Below are positions 28,938-38,141 of a stretch of DNA of 64,000 nt, piece by piece. The stretch's first letter is position 1, and each line of letters begins with the position of its first letter. The position numbers and the translations under genes are program-made. The notes beneath the pieces were generated by a model. It did not search any database and was not told the origin of the DNA. It saw only the letters and a program-made list of their open reading frames with translations. This stretch comes from an uncultured Candidatus Saccharibacteria bacterium (lineage in GTDB: Bacteria; Patescibacteriota; WWE3; 2-01-FULL-39-13), in NCBI GenBank assembly GCA_965230915.1, contig OZ246395.1:792935-856934 (forward strand), read 5' to 3'.

Positions 28938-29136
28938 CGAAATCCTCTCTTTCTACGAGAAATTTAAGGGAAACAGTTATTTATTGATTTATTCAATGTA
29001 CAAGCATTTAGCTTATAAGCGCATATCATATATCAACCTATAGAAATAATCTATATTTTTATAGGATATCTAAGTTATTTTCTTTAATCTTTTTATAGAT
29101 CATATCGCATTAAAGATCGCCCACTATCCCATAGCG

Positions 29137-29165
29137 TTGACGACTACCCGGTTGAGTTGTAAAAT
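29137..29165 (+). promoter_or_regulatory. Sigma70-like promoter TTGACG-17-TAAAAT for gene 29202
   Basis: Seen in the sequence, and preceded by CCCATAGCG. Confidence 0.5.
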
Positions 29166-29201
29166 AGTAATAATTATTTTTCCTGCTCAGAAACTAAAAA
29201 T

Positions 29202-29963
29202 ATGCAACTTTCTAACATTCTAAAAGTAGGTGCCATAGTAATAAGTGGAATCGCTCTAGCCTTTTTGGCAGGATATGTTATTTTCTCTTATTTCAATAGA
29301 GACGCAGGAATTCAACAAAGCACAACCGTAGCTAATACTCCAGTTAATGTAGAAAGCGATAGTGAAGGCATTTCAGACCAACAAGGCGAAGTTGCAGGAG
29401 TATCTACAGACGATACGAATGGCATAACCACAACTGGAAACACCAATCAGACAACATCTAAACCAGCAGTTTCTGACCCAGATGGAGACGGCATAACTCC
29501 CAGTACCACTGCACCAGCAGCGATTACAGTAACAGAAGAAGACCGCAGAATTTATAGAGACACACACAGAAACGATGAAATTACCTATGTTGAGGCCGAT
29601 GACGGTAACGACGACTCAGAAATAACTTTGAGCCCTACTCCAGAGGTAAATGAAGAAGACGATTACTTCGAATACGTATATACCTTCGAATTTAACAACG
29701 ACGCACAAGATAGATATGAAGATGGATTCACCTATTCTATCGACGGCCAAAGCTGTGATGATTCAGATTTCTTTACTAGCGATAAATACGATTTTAAAGG
29801 AAAAATCGAAGCTGACGATATAGACGATGAAGTTACTATCAAAGTAAGAATCAAAGACGAATATATTGATGATTCTAACGATTTCGAAGATTCATCGTAT
29901 AAATTTGATGGAAAAAACTACACTGTTAAAGGCGATATAAATGTGCCTCAGTGCGAGAATTAA
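29202..29963 (+). CDS. N-terminally anchored, highly acidic surface or extracytoplasmic protein
   Basis: 253 aa with a TM anchor and D/E-rich low-complexity sequence. No family recognised. Confidence 0.45.
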   Translation: MQLSNILKVGAIVISGIALAFLAGYVIFSYFNRDAGIQQSTTVANTPVNVESDSEGISDQQGEVAGVSTDDTNGITTTGNTNQTTSKPAVSDPDGDGITPSTTAPAAITVTEEDRRIYRDTHRNDEITYVEADDGNDDSEITLSPTPEVNEEDDYFEYVYTFEFNNDAQDRYEDGFTYSIDGQSCDDSDFFTSDKYDFKGKIEADDIDDEVTIKVRIKDEYIDDSNDFEDSSYKFDGKNYTVKGDINVPQCEN

Positions 29964-30136
29964 TCAAACCATTTCAAACTTTTCTCGAAGCTAATAAGTT
30001 CCTCGGCACAACCTTTACTGGGAAATTATATGTTTTCAGCCTGCGAAAGCTTCTATAAAAGTTTGAAATTTGTTTAAATAAATCAATAATAACCCACCCA
30101 CCGTATACCCTATAGTATTGACTATTCCGACGAAAA

Positions 30137-30517
30137 ATGCTAATATCATGCGCATATATAACTATCGCAGTTATTAATCGCACACTACGGAGAACTAAAA
30201 TGAGTTTCCCACACAACCCACATCTGGAATTTGCGGCAATTCTGCTGATGACCATTTCAGGTCTGATGGACGGGGTAGCCCTTTTTCAAATAAAAAGGTT
30301 AATATCGCCATTTGGCCTGATAAGCAGAGGTTTGCTAGGTTGTATTGTAGCGGTCCTATATTTGATTTCCGGGGGAAGCCTTCTCGGTACAGTAGTCTGG
30401 GCTATGCTAGGGCTAACTAAATTTGTTGCCTATCTAGCAATTTATGCGAAATTGTTTTACTTCAAAAAGCCGATCATATACCAGATTAGCGACCAAGAAA
30501 CGCTGATCGAACTATAA
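30137..30517 (+). CDS. Small 3-TM membrane protein (the real start may be the internal Met near 30200)
   Basis: ORF with hydrophobic segments, followed by a terminator. Confidence 0.35.
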   Translation: MLISCAYITIAVINRTLRRTKMSFPHNPHLEFAAILLMTISGLMDGVALFQIKRLISPFGLISRGLLGCIVAVLYLISGGSLLGTVVWAMLGLTKFVAYLAIYAKLFYFKKPIIYQISDQETLIEL

Positions 30518-30539
30518 GATAACCAGTTTTAGATGCTTT

Positions 30540-30590
30540 AAGCCGGGAGGCATTGAATCTATCAAGATACAATGTCGCCCGGCTTTTTTT
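30540..30590 (+). terminator. Rho-independent terminator (AGCCGGG...CCCGGCT plus a T7 run)
   Basis: Its T-tract overlaps the annotated recJ ATG at 30591, which suggests recJ actually starts at 30615. Confidence 0.5.
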
Positions 30591-32279
30591 ATGCTGTGCT
30601 ACTATTCCACTAGTATGTCTTCTTATAGTTGGAATCTTCTTCACAAATCTAAAATCGAAAACATTTCGGAACTCGAAAGTATCCTGTTAAAAAATCGTGA
30701 AATCGAAGATACTGAAAAATTCCTTAATCCTACTCCACCGAATAAATTATTAGACGAAAATCCGCAATTAAAAGAAAAATTCCTGATCGCAAAAAAAATA
30801 ATTTTGGACGCAATTGAAAAAGAGCTTCCAATAATTATTCACGGTGATTATGATGTAGATGGCCAAACGGCGACTGCGATTTTATGGCGAACAATTTACA
30901 ACGACTTGCAGTATAAAAATGTTTTTCCGTATATTCCAAATCGTTTTGATGAAGGTTATGGAGTTTCACTCGAAAGTTTGAAAGGCATTCGCAAATTACT
31001 GCAAGAAAAAAATTTTGCAGAGAATTGTGAGGCGCTTTTAATAACTGTTGATTGTGGAATTACTTCGAATAAAGAAATTGCATATGCACGCGAAAATAAT
31101 TTTCAAGTTGTGTTAACCGATCATCACCATGCATCAGAAAATTTGCCAGATGCAAATATTGTTGTTCACACCGACAAAGCAACTGGTGCTGGAATTTCAT
31201 GGTTATTATCAAACCAATTAAATGAAACAGAAGATAAATATTTAGAACTTGCGGCACTCGGAACAATTTGTGATTTACAACCTCTCGTTGGTATTAATCG
31301 TTCAATTGCAAAATATGGAATTAACAAACTAAATAATTCCGATTTAGCATTTGTTGAAGCAATAAAAGAGTCAGCTGCAATTACTACACGATTAGATACT
31401 TATGAAATTGGTTGGGTAATTGGCCCGCGTTTGAATGCAACGGGCCGTTTAGAAAGTGCAATGGATTCATTGCGTTTGCTTTGTAGCGATTCCCCTACTC
31501 AAGCAAAAGATTTAGCAAATCAGTTAACTGAAATAAATAAAACGCGTCAAAATCAAACTGAAGCGAATTTATTAAACGCAATTTCAGAGTTTAAAGATGT
31601 CGAGGCAACAGCGATTCCAAATTTTATTGTTACTTCTAACGAGAATTATCACGAAGGAGTTATAGGTTTGGTTGCTGGAAAATTAGTACAAACTTATTAC
31701 CGCCCTGCTATTGCGATTTCAATTTCAAAAGATGGCAAAGCCAAAGGTTCCGCACGTTCAATTAAAGGAATTTCAATCGTCGAAACTTTAAAACAACTTG
31801 AGCATTTATTTATAAATGTTGGCGGACACGACATGGCCGCAGGATTTTCGATTGAAACACAAAATATAGAAAAATTAAAAGATGAACTTGCAAAAGTTGA
31901 AGTTGTAAAATCCGATGAAGTTTTTACAAAACAAATTGATATCGATGCAGAAATTTCGCACAATTTAATTTCATTTGAAACTTTTGATGAACTTCAAAAT
32001 TTAAAACCATTTGGAATGGGAAACGCCGAACCAGTTTTTCTGATAAAGAATATGAAAGTTTTTAATATAAGTATTTTTGGTAAAGAAAATTCACACATTA
32101 AATTTTTTGTTACAGATGAAAATGGCGAAGAGTATTCTGCTTTGGCGTTTAGTCGTCGTGATTTACAGGAAGCTGCAAATATCGGAGACAAGATTGATGT
32201 TGTTGCAACACTTTCGAAAAATGTTTGGAATGGAAAGACTTCGTTGGAACTTAAAGTGAAGGATGTGAAAGAAAGTTAA
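30591..32279 (+). CDS. recJ: Single-stranded-DNA-specific exonuclease RecJ (the start is probably at 30615)
   Basis: DHH motifs (IIIHGDYDVDGQTA, VVLTDHHH) and a DHHA1 GGH motif (NVGGHDMAAG). Confidence 0.85.
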   Translation: MLCYYSTSMSSYSWNLLHKSKIENISELESILLKNREIEDTEKFLNPTPPNKLLDENPQLKEKFLIAKKIILDAIEKELPIIIHGDYDVDGQTATAILWRTIYNDLQYKNVFPYIPNRFDEGYGVSLESLKGIRKLLQEKNFAENCEALLITVDCGITSNKEIAYARENNFQVVLTDHHHASENLPDANIVVHTDKATGAGISWLLSNQLNETEDKYLELAALGTICDLQPLVGINRSIAKYGINKLNNSDLAFVEAIKESAAITTRLDTYEIGWVIGPRLNATGRLESAMDSLRLLCSDSPTQAKDLANQLTEINKTRQNQTEANLLNAISEFKDVEATAIPNFIVTSNENYHEGVIGLVAGKLVQTYYRPAIAISISKDGKAKGSARSIKGISIVETLKQLEHLFINVGGHDMAAGFSIETQNIEKLKDELAKVEVVKSDEVFTKQIDIDAEISHNLISFETFDELQNLKPFGMGNAEPVFLIKNMKVFNISIFGKENSHIKFFVTDENGEEYSALAFSRRDLQEAANIGDKIDVVATLSKNVWNGKTSLELKVKDVKES

Positions 32280-32353
32280 AAAAGCACCCTACGAAAGTAG
32301 AAAATAAATTCCTAAATTCGTAGGGTTCGACACTGCGCTTTAGCGTTTACTTA

Positions 32354-32494
32354 TGCGTGCTTTATGAGCACATAGACAAGCATGCCTGCGACAATCACCA
32401 ACTCGGCAATGCAAAACCACAAGCCAACGTTGGTCTCAACCTCAATTTCGTGAATCTGGTTGAGAGCTTTGCGTCTCATCCACTGATACATGTG
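32354..32494 (-). CDS. Possible 46-aa single-TM micro-protein (MYQWMRRKALNQIHEIEVETNVGLWFCIAELVIVAGMLVYVLIKHA)
   Basis: I translated this from the minus strand by hand. It is not in the ORF track because it is under 60 aa. It lies 25 nt downstream of 32520..32963 in the same high-GC patch. Confidence 0.25.
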
Positions 32495-32519
32495 GCAGCT
32501 CCCTTTCCTTATGGCTGCT

Positions 32520-32963
32520 TTACTTTCGTAAATTACTCAGATAAAGCTCGGGCGCTTCACCTGCCTCCACGCGAAATGGTTTTTCACCATCCCAGCCGCA
32601 ATGCCATGCACCGCCTTCGTCCGGAAGCTCATACAACACTACGGGCCAATAGTTGCTGAACCCCTCCTTCTGGCTGGGCCAATATTTGTGCATGATGCGC
32701 AAAGTTTCGTCGTCCGGAATCGCAAAGACAGGAGTACCGTCGCCTGGGTCAAACCATGCGTGGGCGACGTCTTTAGTCTGGATTAGAAACTCAACTTCGC
32801 TCGGGTCTTCCAAGCTTGGCTCTATGACTTCTTCGAGCACGGCAACAAGACAGTGATCATCATTGCCCGCCAGCGCAGTCGCAGTCTGAGCAAAAAATGG
32901 TGTTACTACCAAACTCACGGCTGTAGCAATTCCAAAAACAGCGTTCAAAATACCCTTAGACAT
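32520..32963 (-). CDS. Small secreted protein in a high-GC patch
   Basis: 147 aa with a signal peptide. The promoter TTGACT-17-TACAAT is on the minus strand (-35 at 33038-33043, -10 at 33015-33020). Confidence 0.45.
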   Translation of the reverse strand: MSKGILNAVFGIATAVSLVVTPFFAQTATALAGNDDHCLVAVLEEVIEPSLEDPSEVEFLIQTKDVAHAWFDPGDGTPVFAIPDDETLRIMHKYWPSQKEGFSNYWPVVLYELPDEGGAWHCGWDGEKPFRVEAGEAPELYLSNLRK

Positions 32964-33073
32964 TTCTTAATCCTCTCTTCATACAGTTTATTGGGTTGGT
33001 ATAGAACGGGCGTAATTGTAGGGTTTAAAATACTATAAGTCAACCGCTAACGGGCTTTTTGTAGATTGCTCTA

Positions 33074-33700
33074 TTAGTCGATAAAGTGAATCGACTTTCT
33101 TATGTTCTCGGCATTTTCATTTTCAGCATATTCAACCACGATCCATTTATCGGTCGATGGAGACTGCATTAAATAAATTTTATTTACCCCAGTTGTCGGA
33201 CCAGATTTAACTTCATATGCTGCCATATAAGCATCTTTTGTACCTTCAATTTTAACTTTCTCTGGTTCATTCACAAAATCGCCACCCATACTTGGATCCA
33301 TTTCATCTAATTTTAATTGGATAAACTGAATCGGATTATCAATTTCAACTGGCTTATAAATTACCAAAGCAGAAAATTCCTGACCTACCCGAGGTTCAAC
33401 GGCCATAATATAGTGGTCGCCATTATCTTGAATAAAATAACCAGGATGCATAAAGTAATAACCTTCACCATCGACTTGTTCCCAATCTTTGTAAACTGCG
33501 AGGTCGGCTGGAAGTTCTTCGCCCTCTGCAAGTTCGATTTCTTCTTCGTTATTTGTATTTTGAGATTCTGTTTCTTGCATCGATCCGCCAAATTCAGAAT
33601 CGATTGGTTGCTGCATTTTGTTGCGAGCATTCATGTAATATAAGATGCCGGAGATTCCAGCTATTAGGACTATTATGAGGAGCAGGTTAATTGTTTTCAT
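33074..33700 (-). CDS. N-terminally anchored extracytoplasmic protein, unknown function
   Basis: 208 aa with one TM segment and native low-GC composition. Confidence 0.45.
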   Translation of the reverse strand: MKTINLLLIIVLIAGISGILYYMNARNKMQQPIDSEFGGSMQETESQNTNNEEEIELAEGEELPADLAVYKDWEQVDGEGYYFMHPGYFIQDNGDHYIMAVEPRVGQEFSALVIYKPVEIDNPIQFIQLKLDEMDPSMGGDFVNEPEKVKIEGTKDAYMAAYEVKSGPTTGVNKIYLMQSPSTDKWIVVEYAENENAENIRKSIHFID

Positions 33701-33792
33701 GCCCTCATCCTACATGGATAATTTGAATGAGTAAACCCTAAAACTAAACCATATATACAAGTACAAATATTTTAACTATTATTAAATTTAAG

Positions 33793-34203
33793 ATGAGTGC
33801 TGATCTGGCTGAACATGAACTCCCCTTTCTAGCAAAATGGCCTAAATGGCTTCGATGGCTTTTATTCCTACCATTAGGAATTATTTCTGGTATGTTAGGA
33901 TCAGCCTTTATTCATCTAACACAATGGTTTATGGGCTTTGGTAGCGAGACTCCATATGTAGTTTTTCTAAGTAATGGAGCTTTTGGATATGTCTTCTTAT
34001 ATGTCTCTTCTATAATGGCTCCTAAAAATCATTTTACCGTATCAATAATTTTATTTGCGTTATCTTGCATACTATATGGGATATCATTCCTAAGCATATT
34101 AAATGGTAACTACGCAGTTAGTATTATAGTTGACTCATTAGGTCTTATAGGAGCCCTTTTAGGCTCAGGCATTGTAGTTTATTCTTTAAAAGAAAGTGAA
34201 TAA
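33793..34203 (+). CDS. Small 4-TM membrane protein
   Basis: 136 aa hydrophobic ORF. Confidence 0.4.
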   Translation: MSADLAEHELPFLAKWPKWLRWLLFLPLGIISGMLGSAFIHLTQWFMGFGSETPYVVFLSNGAFGYVFLYVSSIMAPKNHFTVSIILFALSCILYGISFLSILNGNYAVSIIVDSLGLIGALLGSGIVVYSLKESE

Positions 34204-34220
34204 ACTTTTATCATACCTGC

Positions 34221-34345
34221 TATAATTTCCCTATAGCAATGATCCTTATGACACGGGGGAGCTAGTTCGAAAACTGAGACATAAGCTGCTTCGGGCTAAC
34301 AGCCGAAGAAGCGAGGTGGCACCGCGCAATTTAGCGTCCTCGCAA
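34221..34345 (+). promoter_or_regulatory. Candidate T-box leader (Asp specifier) upstream of aspS
   Basis: A TATAAT box at 34221-34226. A Stem-I-like helix CTTATG...CATAAG has GAC-A at the specifier position (34278-34281). A strong hairpin at 34286-34313 follows, then the T-box sequence AGCGAGGTGGCACCGCG at 34310-34326. This folds as a canonical antiterminator: A1 GAGG/CCUC, 7-nt bulge UGGCACC, A2 GCGC-AAUUUA-GCGU. I could not find a clear downstream terminator or SD sequestrator. Confidence 0.45.
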
Positions 34346-34432
34346 GTTTATCAATTTACTTGATAATCATGCGAAGAAAGGCTTGGCCACAACCTATTCC
34401 ACTTCTCAGAGATTATCCAAAACAAGTTATTT

Positions 34433-35722
34433 ATGGAACGAACACACATAAAAGATGTTCCAACAATGGTCGGTGAGACCGTAAAAATATCTGGCTTCGT
34501 ACACGCCATTCGAAACCAGGGCAGTATCAAGTTTATTATTTTGCGCGATGTGACCGGGCTTATACAGTCGGTCATTTTAAAGAGCTCCCCTGCTTTTGCA
34601 GTGGTCGATGAACTTTCGCTAGAATCAGTCATCGAAATTGAAGGCTTGGCTAAAGCTGAAAAACAGGCTCCTGGAGGGTTCGAAATTGAAGCTCAGAATA
34701 TAAATATTCTTTCAAAAGCTGCGCCCGAACTCCCTATTCCAGTTGTTACTGAAAAAGGTGGAGAGGAAACCAACCAGCCACAAAGATTAGATTATCGCTG
34801 GATCGATTTGCGAAAACCTGAAAATACAAAGATTTTTAAAGTTTGGACTGCGCTTGAAAGAGGAGCACGCGATTATTTTTTGAACAATGGATTCATTCAA
34901 TTTTATTCTCCGGCATTAATGAATGCGGCATCCGAAGGTGGATCTGAATTTTTTACTGTAAATTATTTTGATAGAAAAGCATATCTATCTCAGTCTCCAC
35001 AATTTTACAAACAAATGGCGATGGCTGCCGGCTTTGAAAAAGTTTTTGCAGTAGGGCCAGTTTTTAGAGCTGAACCATCTTTTACTACTCGTCATATGAC
35101 TGAATTTACCGGCTGGGACTTTGAAATCAGCTATGTAAATTCTCATCACGATGTTATGGATGCCGAAGAAGGAATGTTAGTCGAAGGTTTTAAAGCATTA
35201 AAAGAAACTGAAATGCCAGATTTGGAAATTCCTAGTCGTCCTTTTCCGAGATTAACAATGGTCGAAGCTAAAAAGAAATTAGCCGAAGCTGGAATTAAAT
35301 CTGAAAAAGAACACGACCTTTCACCAGAAGAAGAAAGAGAAATTTGCCGAATCGTAAAAGAAGAAACAGCTAGTGATTTTGTTTTTGTAACCGATTACCA
35401 TATTTCGATTCGACCTTTCTATCATATGCGACACGCTGATATGCCTGATCGTACAAAGAGCTTTGACCTTTTATATAAAGGTATTGAAATTACAACCGGT
35501 GCTCAACGAGAACATCGCGTTGGAATTTTAGAAAAACAGGCGGTTGAAAAAGGCGTCGAACTTGAAAGTATCAAAGAGTACATTAACTTCTTTAGATTTG
35601 GAATGCCTCCACATGGAGGTGGTGGTATAGGACCTGGAAGAATTGTTATGCAGCTTTTAGATTTGGCGAATATTCGCGAAGCGACTTTCTTGCCAAGAGA
35701 TGTTAAGAGATTGACACCTTGA
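34433..35722 (+). CDS. aspS: Aspartyl-tRNA synthetase, archaeal/eukaryal short type (possibly non-discriminating)
   Basis: 429 aa with an N-terminal OB anticodon-binding domain. Class II motif 2 (FRAEPSFTTRHMTEF) and motif 3 (GGGGIGPGRIVM) are present. The bacterial GAD insertion is absent. Confidence 0.85.
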   Translation: MERTHIKDVPTMVGETVKISGFVHAIRNQGSIKFIILRDVTGLIQSVILKSSPAFAVVDELSLESVIEIEGLAKAEKQAPGGFEIEAQNINILSKAAPELPIPVVTEKGGEETNQPQRLDYRWIDLRKPENTKIFKVWTALERGARDYFLNNGFIQFYSPALMNAASEGGSEFFTVNYFDRKAYLSQSPQFYKQMAMAAGFEKVFAVGPVFRAEPSFTTRHMTEFTGWDFEISYVNSHHDVMDAEEGMLVEGFKALKETEMPDLEIPSRPFPRLTMVEAKKKLAEAGIKSEKEHDLSPEEEREICRIVKEETASDFVFVTDYHISIRPFYHMRHADMPDRTKSFDLLYKGIEITTGAQREHRVGILEKQAVEKGVELESIKEYINFFRFGMPPHGGGGIGPGRIVMQLLDLANIREATFLPRDVKRLTP

Positions 35723-35729
35723 TTTTTGA

Positions 35730-35784
35730 GCAAGGATTTTTTATGCGGTTAGCCATGCTGCTAACAAGCGTAAAAAATCCTTGC
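35730..35784. terminator. Nested bidirectional terminator (14-bp outer stem GCAAGGATTTTTTA/TAAAAAATCCTTGC enclosing a TTAGC/GCTAA inner hairpin)
   Basis: Between convergent aspS and the cupredoxin gene. Seen in the sequence. Confidence 0.6.
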
Positions 35785-35825
35785 GAAAACCCTGGCTAAC
35801 CACGCAAAAAACTTTGTTCAAAGAA

Positions 35826-36218
35826 TTATTTGTCTGTAACGATCACACTCCCCTTCATATTTGGATGAAGGCTACAAGTGTAAGTAAAAGATCCAACCTT
35901 ATTAAAAGTTAATATTTTTGATTCACCGGGATTTAATATTCCTGTATACCAACTGCTATCATCAGAAGTCGCACTATGCTGAACCGAATCATTGTTTGTC
36001 CATTTTATAGTTTGTCCAACCTTAATTGTTACCACCGATGGGCCAAAAGCAAAATTTTGAATGTTTACGTCAGCGTCAGCTTTTTGCTCGACCTGCTCTG
36101 ACTGCGAATTATTTTGTTCTACATTACTCGAAGACATTTGAGGCCTCATTTTAAAATACCAATATCCTGCTCCACCTAAAACTATTAACAAAATTAGAAC
36201 AATAAGCAATTTATTCAT
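35826..36218 (-). CDS. Membrane-anchored type-1 blue copper protein (amicyanin/plastocyanin-like cupredoxin)
   Basis: 130 aa. The C-terminal copper site CSLHPNM matches the amicyanin C-x2-H-x2-M spacing, with an upstream His at VQHSAT. Confidence 0.7.
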   Translation of the reverse strand: MNKLLIVLILLIVLGGAGYWYFKMRPQMSSSNVEQNNSQSEQVEQKADADVNIQNFAFGPSVVTIKVGQTIKWTNNDSVQHSATSDDSSWYTGILNPGESKILTFNKVGSFTYTCSLHPNMKGSVIVTDK

Positions 36219-36304
36219 AGTTTCATTTTATGCATTCATTCACAAAGGTCAAATGAACTTGCAATTTATTTCGGTTCAAATATACTTAACTAAGTTAAAT
36301 AACT

Positions 36305-36778
36305 TTGTTAATGAATTATATGGATCAAGATCAGACCTTAAGAATGCATAATTTAGGAATAATTCAAGGATACTCATATCGAGTTCTAGAAAATCATTTA
36401 GGCATCTTACTTAAAAAATATAATTTGCTAATTCCTGAATGGAAATTACTCGGGCTCATATTCGAAAACCCCAATTTAAAAATCACCCAACTCGCAAGCC
36501 AACTAAAAGTAGAAATTCCATTTATAACCCGTCTTGTAAATTCACTTACAAAAAAGCAAATGGTAAAAAAAGTGACACGCAACAAAGATTTACGAATACA
36601 GCTAGTTGAACTTACAGAAGAAACAAAAGTATTATTGCCTAAACTAGAAATCGAAGTCGGGATATTAATGAGAAATTTATTAGAAGGAATAACTTCGGAA
36701 GAACGAAGCGCATACATGAATGTATTACAAACTGTTATTAATAATGCAAAAAAAATAGAAAGATCAGAAGAACTTTAA
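36305..36778 (+). CDS. MarR-family transcriptional regulator
   Basis: 157 aa with a central wHTH ([28 protein letters not shown]). Confidence 0.7.
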   Translation: MLMNYMDQDQTLRMHNLGIIQGYSYRVLENHLGILLKKYNLLIPEWKLLGLIFENPNLKITQLASQLKVEIPFITRLVNSLTKKQMVKKVTRNKDLRIQLVELTEETKVLLPKLEIEVGILMRNLLEGITSEERSAYMNVLQTVINNAKKIERSEEL

Positions 36779-36824
36779 AGCCATACTAAGTGTAATAAAT
36801 TTTATTTTAGGAGGTGATATACAA

Positions 36825-37502
36825 GTGAAAAAAGGAAACACAACAATGTACATTGTAATCGGAGTTGTTGCAGTTGCAGTTATAGCTCTTCTATTTATGA
36901 GAAACAATAATTCAGCAATGAAAGATAATTCAGATTCAATGAAGTCAGATGATTCAGCAATGATGAACGACGACTCTATGAATGATGATTCAATGATGGA
37001 TGATTCAATGATGGACGATTCGAGTTCAGATAATTCAAATAATAATATGGAAAATGGCGTAATGGTTGGAGGAGCAATGATGACTCCAGATAAAGATATA
37101 GTCGATAATGCTGTAAATTCTAATGACCATACAACTTTAGTTGCAGCTGTTAAGGCCGCAGGTTTAGTTGATACATTAAAGGGAGATGGACCATTTACGG
37201 TTTTTGCTCCAACAAATGATGCGTTTAACAAACTTCCTGCTGGTACTGTAGAAGATTTAGTTAAGCCAGAAAATAAAGATATGTTAACTAAAATTCTTAC
37301 TTACCATGTAGTATCTGGAAGATATACATCAGATATGTTGAAAGATGGAATGCAGTTAAAAACTGTTGAAGGAGAAATGCTAACTTTCAATGAGAAAGAT
37401 GGCCAGTGGTGGATTAATGGATCAGCAATGATCACAACCGCTGATGTAATTTCTAGCAATGGAGTTACATACGTAATAGATACTGTTTTGATGCCTAAGT
37501 AA
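36825..37502 (+). CDS. Membrane-anchored fasciclin (FAS1) domain protein with an N-terminal DDSMM low-complexity repeat
   Basis: FAS1 core [21 protein letters not shown]...LTYHVVSG. Confidence 0.8.
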   Translation: MKKGNTTMYIVIGVVAVAVIALLFMRNNNSAMKDNSDSMKSDDSAMMNDDSMNDDSMMDDSMMDDSSSDNSNNNMENGVMVGGAMMTPDKDIVDNAVNSNDHTTLVAAVKAAGLVDTLKGDGPFTVFAPTNDAFNKLPAGTVEDLVKPENKDMLTKILTYHVVSGRYTSDMLKDGMQLKTVEGEMLTFNEKDGQWWINGSAMITTADVISSNGVTYVIDTVLMPK

Positions 37503-37673
37503 CGCCTTCGCTAACGCTACGGCTATCTTTTTTGACTATATCCTTCAGATAAATCAAAAAAGTAATTCCTTGGCTAACGCGAAATAAGTTAGGTAATACA
37601 GCTGGCTCTTCTGCAGGAGAGCTGGCTAAGTGCGTGATTAAAATTCCCAAACTAACGTTATAATCTATTAGTT

Positions 37674-38141
37674 ATGAACCTCACTGAAAGAATTGTTGAT
37701 TTTTTAACCAAAAATAAAGTTGAATACAAACTTTCTCACCATGAAGCCGTTCGCACAAGCGAAGAGGCGGCAAGGGTACGCGGGAATAAACCTGAAGAAG
37801 GCGCAAAGGCGTTGGTTTTTTGGGCCGATAGCTCACCTGTTCAAATTGTTATTCAAGGAAATTTAAAAGTCGACAAAGAAAAATTCAAAAATTTATTCGG
37901 TTTTAGTAAATTAAAAATGGTTTCTGCCGAAGAATTAAAACAAGTTAGTTCTGTTGAACCGGGGGCTGTTCCTCCATTTGGAAATCTTTTCGAGCCACCG
38001 ATAAAAGTGTTCTGCAACGAAGGATTTAGTGATACCATTGAATTTAATGCCGGTGACCACCGCATAAGTATCCAGATGAAATATAAAGATTGGCTGGATC
38101 TAGTAAATCCTAGTATTGGTGACTATGGAGAAAGAGCATAA
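37674..38141 (+). CDS. YbaK/ProX-type aminoacyl-tRNA deacylase domain protein
   Basis: 155 aa with the GAVPPFG motif. A TATAAT box lies 9-11 nt before the ATG, so the leader is short. Confidence 0.65.
   Translation: MNLTERIVDFLTKNKVEYKLSHHEAVRTSEEAARVRGNKPEEGAKALVFWADSSPVQIVIQGNLKVDKEKFKNLFGFSKLKMVSAEELKQVSSVEPGAVPPFGNLFEPPIKVFCNEGFSDTIEFNAGDHRISIQMKYKDWLDLVNPSIGDYGERA

Noticed and set aside
18650-28950. Integron gene-cassette array, meaning same-orientation promoterless ORFs each followed by an attC-like imperfect inverted repeat
   Set aside because: The inverted repeats read GTTG...CAAC, that is GTT on the 5' side and AAC on the 3' side. This is the opposite polarity to attC R''(RYYYAAC)...R'(GTTRRRY) cores. 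The outer stems are unrelated to each other. No intI or attI is present. At least one gene has its own consensus promoter.
32357-32659. Plus-strand ORF 32357..32659 (100 aa)
   Set aside because: It overlaps the better-supported minus-strand secreted protein and the possible TM micro-ORF in the same GC-rich patch. It has no RBS and is probably a GC artefact.
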